Part shown: positions 59,065 to 64,000 of the stretch, piece after piece
Layout: each line of letters opens with the position of its first letter
How positions within the stretch are numbered: the first letter of the stretch is position 1
NCBI GenBank assembly: GCA_020137815.1
Contig: CM035351.1
Coordinates: 5,456,001-5,520,000 of the forward strand
Source of the DNA: Hormiphora californensis
Taxonomy: Eukaryota > Animalia > Ctenophora
Direction of reading: 5' to 3'
DNA: 64,000 nt
Made by a program: the position numbers and the translations under genes
The notes under the pieces: generated by a model
Database searches by the model: none
Told to the model about the DNA's origin: nothing
What the model saw: only the letters and a program-made list of their open reading frames with translations

Positions 59065-62000
59065 TTACATGTACATGTCAAGATTGTAGAACTCCGTTTG
59101 TCGCACAGACGGATCGTAGTAGTCGGTGATGGTGACCTGAGCTGCGGCGAGGTTGCTGACCTTGAACTCCTCGACGAGTGGCATGGAGACGGAGTACATA
59201 TCCGGGCTGATACCGGGCTTCACATACAAGTGAACCCTCTGTCCTCCCTCCTTGATATCAAATCGGCTAATGATGTCACTGGCTGAGATGGTTTCCGTGA
59301 CCAGGGCCTTTCTGAAGGTGAAACCAGTTGGTGCCTTCATCTCTAGTAGAACCATTGATGCAGACCTTTCCTTGTCCACCTTGAAGTCGGCAGATACCAT
59401 GAAGTAACTGGTGATGGGATCCCGTACTGCAGACAACTTCAGTCCAAACACCGCACTAGACTGGTTGGTGGCAGTTGATTGGTGGTAGGTTGATATCAGC
59501 TGGACAAATGAGGTTCCCATTCCAGTCCATTTGATCTTGTATTTTCCGGTACTGGCAGGGAGGTCCACCTCCTTTACAGACATATCCTCACCCTTAATCC
59601 GCAGCTTCTCGAAGTACGACCTGCCCTTTCCGATCAGAATGGTCATGTCCGTTTCAGCCATGGCGGGGGCGTTCTTGATGGCATATGTTGAGAGAGCCTG
59701 GAGGGCAACAACAGTATCCTGACTAGACCTGAAACCTCCTGTCTCAGACTTCTGAGATGCGAGCCAAAGGATCAGTGGAGTACTATCATCGAATTGATCG
59801 ATAGTCATGTAGTAAAGAGCAGCGTAAGCGGTCGCCTCGATGCTCTTGCTATCTCCAGGGGTACTGCAATCAGCGAACACATCATATCCGTCCCTGGTCT
59901 CAGTGACACATTGGTCCTCAATTTCACGGAAGTCTGCGAAACCTTGTTTGCGGCAGAGTGCCATTGCATAGGTGTTCATGTGAGCAGTACAGCAGTCCTT
60001 CAGGGGCGCTTCACGGATCAGCTTGTTGCACAGGAACTCCAACTTGTCACTCTCACCGTACGGTGATCCAAAGTCACATCGGGGAGAATCGTAGGACTCG
60101 AGGAGGGAGATAAGGAAGTATGCCAGCCAGTTAGATTCATCATTAAATTGGGAGGGTGCCCATCCTTGTCGTGCTCCTAAACTGGATACACTGTTGTAAG
60201 TGCTGATAAGGTTAGTCAGAGCCCTCCTGTCACCAGTCACCACATCGGTACAGGGAACGTGAACACTGGAGGGGAATTTAGCGTAGGTTCGGTAGACGAA
60301 GGCGGTCAGCCAGTGGCTTACCTCACTTCCCGAGAACACAGAGTAGCCATTGTACTGCCTGTAGGTCATCTGTCGTTGGAGACCCACATTCAGGTTGTGT
60401 TCGATGTTGTATTTCAGATATTCAGGAAGCTCAACCTCACTCTGTACGTTGTTTAGGTATTGGCTAGCAAACACGTTCACTGCAATTTTGTGCATGTTCT
60501 GTTCCCCGCATCCAGTTGGAAGTTGGATCAGGCTGGCGATACCAGTGGCAGCGTTGCCAAGGAGATCACTATAGGCAACCACCTTCAGGTCATGTGATCC
60601 GGGAATATAAGAGCTAGGCAGGTTTACAGACAGGACACGCTTTCTGGAGGTGATTTCTTCCTCAGTGATGAGAATGTTTTGAACATCAACGGTCCTCACG
60701 CCACCCGGCTGGACAAAGAGAGACCTCTCAATGGCATCACTGTCCCCAGCGGAGGAGGAAGCGGACACAGTTATGGGGTGTCGTCCTGCCTCGGTTAGAC
60801 TAACTGTATAGTTCACAGTAGAGAAAGAGTTACTCTTGATTTTGATGACTTTGCTGGTAGCTTCCCAGAGACTGCTGCTCACCCTGACCTCACATGTCAC
60901 ATCAGTTTCCCTGTAGTTGAACACGCTGATAGGGATTGTGATCCTCTCACCGACAATTCCAGAATACGGGAGGTCTAGCTTGATAAAGAAGTTTAGGAAG
61001 GTGATGAACTCGACATCATTTGAGAATCCCACTCCGTTCTCGGGGGAGAGACCAAAAGCACTTCCCTTCCACCCAGTGATGGTGTCAGGGGCAGTGACTG
61101 TCAGGATACTCTTTCCGTCACTATCAGTTGTAACGTCAGTCCACAGCCAGGACTCAGGGAAGAAGTTCCTCAGTCTGGGTTCCTCCGTATCATTTGACAT
61201 GTCACCTTCATCCGTCACTTCGTCAATGGCATCAGTGTAATAGCTATCATCTTCCTCCGCCATAGCCATCTCCATGTACTCTGTTCGGTAATAATCGCCA
61301 CCTCTTCCGGGTGATCCATACCTATAGTCGTAGTCATTCCTCCTCTTGACAGGTGGCTTGTAATCAAACAGGTTCATGTTGGTATCAATACCAACTCCCT
61401 CGCTGGACAGAAGATCCTTGACATCGATTATTTTCACCTCAGTGTTAGAAGTACACTGGTAGGGATCGTCCCGCTGGCATGACTGATCCTTCTCGCTGCC
61501 GGTATCCTGGCCTCGTAGGAAGGATAGGGTCTCCTCCTTGGTGAGAACCTTACAGGGAGCTCTCATCAGGTCCAGGGACTTGTCACTCATGGAAATACCC
61601 ACGAATGAGGTGGGGTCTCCCCTCAGGTAGGCGGTTATGTTTTCACCGGGTTGCCCCATCTCCTTGCTGAGCGAGAATGTCAGGGAATGAGGAAGGAACT
61701 CAGTTATACAGAGGTCCAAGCCATCAGCCATCAGATGTCCATTGCTCTCGTGGGCAGTCAGCACCAAAAGACGGGATCGTACATTCAGAGTATCGGGGAT
61801 GTCGAACTCTCCAGAGGTCTCGAAGAGCCCATTCGGCAGCTCCTTCCACTGAGGGTTATAGCTCGAGGAATCCACAATAACACCCTTGGACATGATTACC
61901 ATGAACAAGACATCCTGCGCCCGAGATGCTCGGATCACGTACTCGGCCCTATCCCCGGGATTATAAGTGACGGGTTGCTCCTTGTGGAACCTCACGAACA

Positions 62001-62545
62001 AGTCCTTGTGGGCTACCATCCTGTCCGGTTGGAAGCACGAGAACACCGCCTCACAGGCATCATCACTCTCCAGCTCGGCTGTAATCTTAACCGCACAGGC
62101 ATCTTCAGGGACCTCAAATGAGGCAAAAGCCTTACCGTCCTGGATGATCACCTCCTTTTTCTGGTAGGTCAGAGTCTCCAGACCGCTCACCATGGTTACT
62201 TGGACTGTGGAACCATCAACGGCAGCCTTTTGGGACAGCGCCTTGACATCCATTTCCACGTAGTATGGGAACCCAGTTGAGTAGTGACGTTGGGTGTTCT
62301 TGTTGAAGGTCAGGGAGACTGCAGTCTGACTAAACTCAACGAAAGCTGTGGCAGGTTCTTGTTCCTCCTGGGGGGAGTAACACGTTAGCTGTGGATAATA
62401 AAACTCCCCAATCCATTTAATGTTTAAAATCTTTGCAACAAGAACTTACTTCCTCGCCAACTCGGGCGGTGATGGTCAATGATGAGGGAGAGCACCAGGG
62501 GTTGAACAGGTACTTCGTCTTAGCCATTACCAAATCAAGATCAAA
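59065..62545 (-). CDS. thioester-containing protein (TEP/CD109/alpha-2-macroglobulin family), 5' part outside the window
   Basis: Exons 62450-62545 and 59065-62367 (about 3.3 kb). Motifs LRNFFPESWLW, PDTITGW, PTGCGEQNM (thioester), WLTAFV, GGFRSSQDTVVALQAL and the receptor-binding domain DYYDP. Confidence 0.97.
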
Positions 62546-62577
62546 CTGATAAAATAATGAGTTCAATAAATAGTTCA

Positions 62578-64000
62578 ATAATAATAATAATAATAATAAT
62601 AATAACTATGTTTATATTCCGCCCATATCCGACAGGGACAGAGCAGCGGAACTGCTGCTGTCACTGAAGGATGATCTGAACGGTTAATATACTGGTAAGA
62701 CCTCGCAAACTTATCCCTAATAGAACAAAAAATAATAAAGAAAAAATACACCGGCTCACATTACTATCGGCTCACATAACTATCGGTGACTGATTACATA
62801 ACAGACTGAGTTAGAGTCCTGGAACTCTAAAAATTGATATAAAAGTCCGTAGATTGGAAACACAGAAAAACACTCGTGCTATGAAAAACCCCAATTTATG
62901 CTTCACACTTCTGCTCGCCACGAGCTAAAATACAGAAAAACAATTAAAAACGGGTACCAGCCAGAGCACATACCTCAGTAAGAAGGAGAGTGTTAAGAGG
63001 ACAGTCCAGTCTCACCAAAAGCCTCAGTGAAAAGACTAGTCTTGAGCTTAGACTTGAAAGATTCCACAGACTCAACAGCTCTCAGATCAAGGGGAAGCCC
63101 ATTCCAGACTTCAGGCAGGTAAACCGACGGACGTCTTCTTCTCAACTTGGAAGTCGCATTGACACTTGATAGCTTAGGGTACTTCAGCTTGAGGCCATCA
63201 GGCCAAGCATTTCCTCTAGTAGCCCGGATCACATGAAGTCCATCATCAACAGGGACCTGATCTTGCAGGTAGTCAGGGGCCAATCCATGTACAATCTTGT
63301 ACGCCATGAGGCATGCTTTGAATGTGACTCGTTGTTCCACAGGAAGAACATGCAACTCTTTCAAGTATGGCATGTAGGTGTCTTGGTGACCGTATAGGCC
63401 ATAAACAAATCTGACACACGAGTTCAAGACTCTCTGAAGGCTGTTGAGAAGCTTCTTAGGTAAGCCATGGTAAAGGACATTACAATAATCCAATCTTGAA
63501 ATGATGAGCTGCTTAACAAGGAGTATCTTGGTCGATTTATCCAGACATCGGTTTACTTGCCATAGATTCTTCAAAAGCAAACCACATTGTTTCTTAACAC
63601 TGTTGATTTGTCTCTCCATTGAGAGGTTGCTATCAAGGAACACTCCTAGTGTTTTTCCTGCATTACCCGTAAAGTCCACTGGGCTTATCTCCACTCCACC
63701 AAAGTCCACAGTGGGCTGATACACCATCTTATCCAGGGCACTGTTTTTGCCTAACAGAAGGAATTCAGTCTTTGCCTCATTGCACTTTAGCCAGTGCTTA
63801 CTCATCCACTCTTTCACACTTGACAAGCATTCCTCAGTCCTCTCCTTTGCCAGTTTCCAGTTTTCCTCATCAGGTGGTACAAAGCTGATGTACAATTGCG
63901 AGTCATCAGCATAAAGTTTAATCCTCAAGCCATAAGGTTTGACCAAATCTTGCAATTCCTCCACATACAGTAAAAACAACACAGGTCCAAGCAGTGAACC
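62578..64000 (-). mobile_element. L2-clade LINE 3' portion (RT C-terminus, 3' UTR, (TTA)n tail) in the TEP intron
   Basis: Uninterrupted ORF to stop at 62993 with LYADDSQLY, NEAKTE, LGVFLDSNLSM, SRLDYCN and LHVLPV. 3' end ..ggcggaatataaacatag(tta)n. Confidence 0.95.

Overview
Eukaryotic, intron-rich animal genomic DNA from a draft assembly. It has a 100-N gap at 24297-24396, homopolymer-corrupted consensus at about 17400-21250 and 23300-24300, and many long (AG)n/(CT)n microsatellites. The CAGTCGGACCCCGATTTA MITE, the compact introns and the gene style suggest a ctenophore (Pleurobrachia-like); that assignment is recalled inference, not proven. Manually spliced genes in order: a two-pore K+ channel with an atypical second filter TTGIG (+), CCDC157-like with two candidate terminal exons (-), CLOCK-like bHLH-PAS with a damaged 5' end (+), FoxP (-), then a tightly packed same-strand block DCC1/DUF393-like > SPT5 > RPB12 > MRPL16 (+), tektin (+), an SLC18B1-like MFS transporter (-), and a thioester protein TEP/CD109/A2M (-) with a young L2-type LINE in its intron. 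Main highlights: (1) the four-gene block looks like a trans-spliced operon, with 135-284 bp spacers and an orphan splice acceptor 2-5 nt before each ATG; (2) its RPB12 carries a roughly 60-aa N-terminal tail with nine Ser-Pro motifs, resembling a mini-CTD; (3) a family of 57-84 bp micro-transposons with CTGTC..GACAG ends and 8-bp target duplications that nest in each other; (4) three intronic elements with a multi-hairpin end, two of which show covarying stems; (5) a 99-bp-arm foldback inside CLOCK; (6) RFX X-boxes in the tektin and CCDC157 genes.
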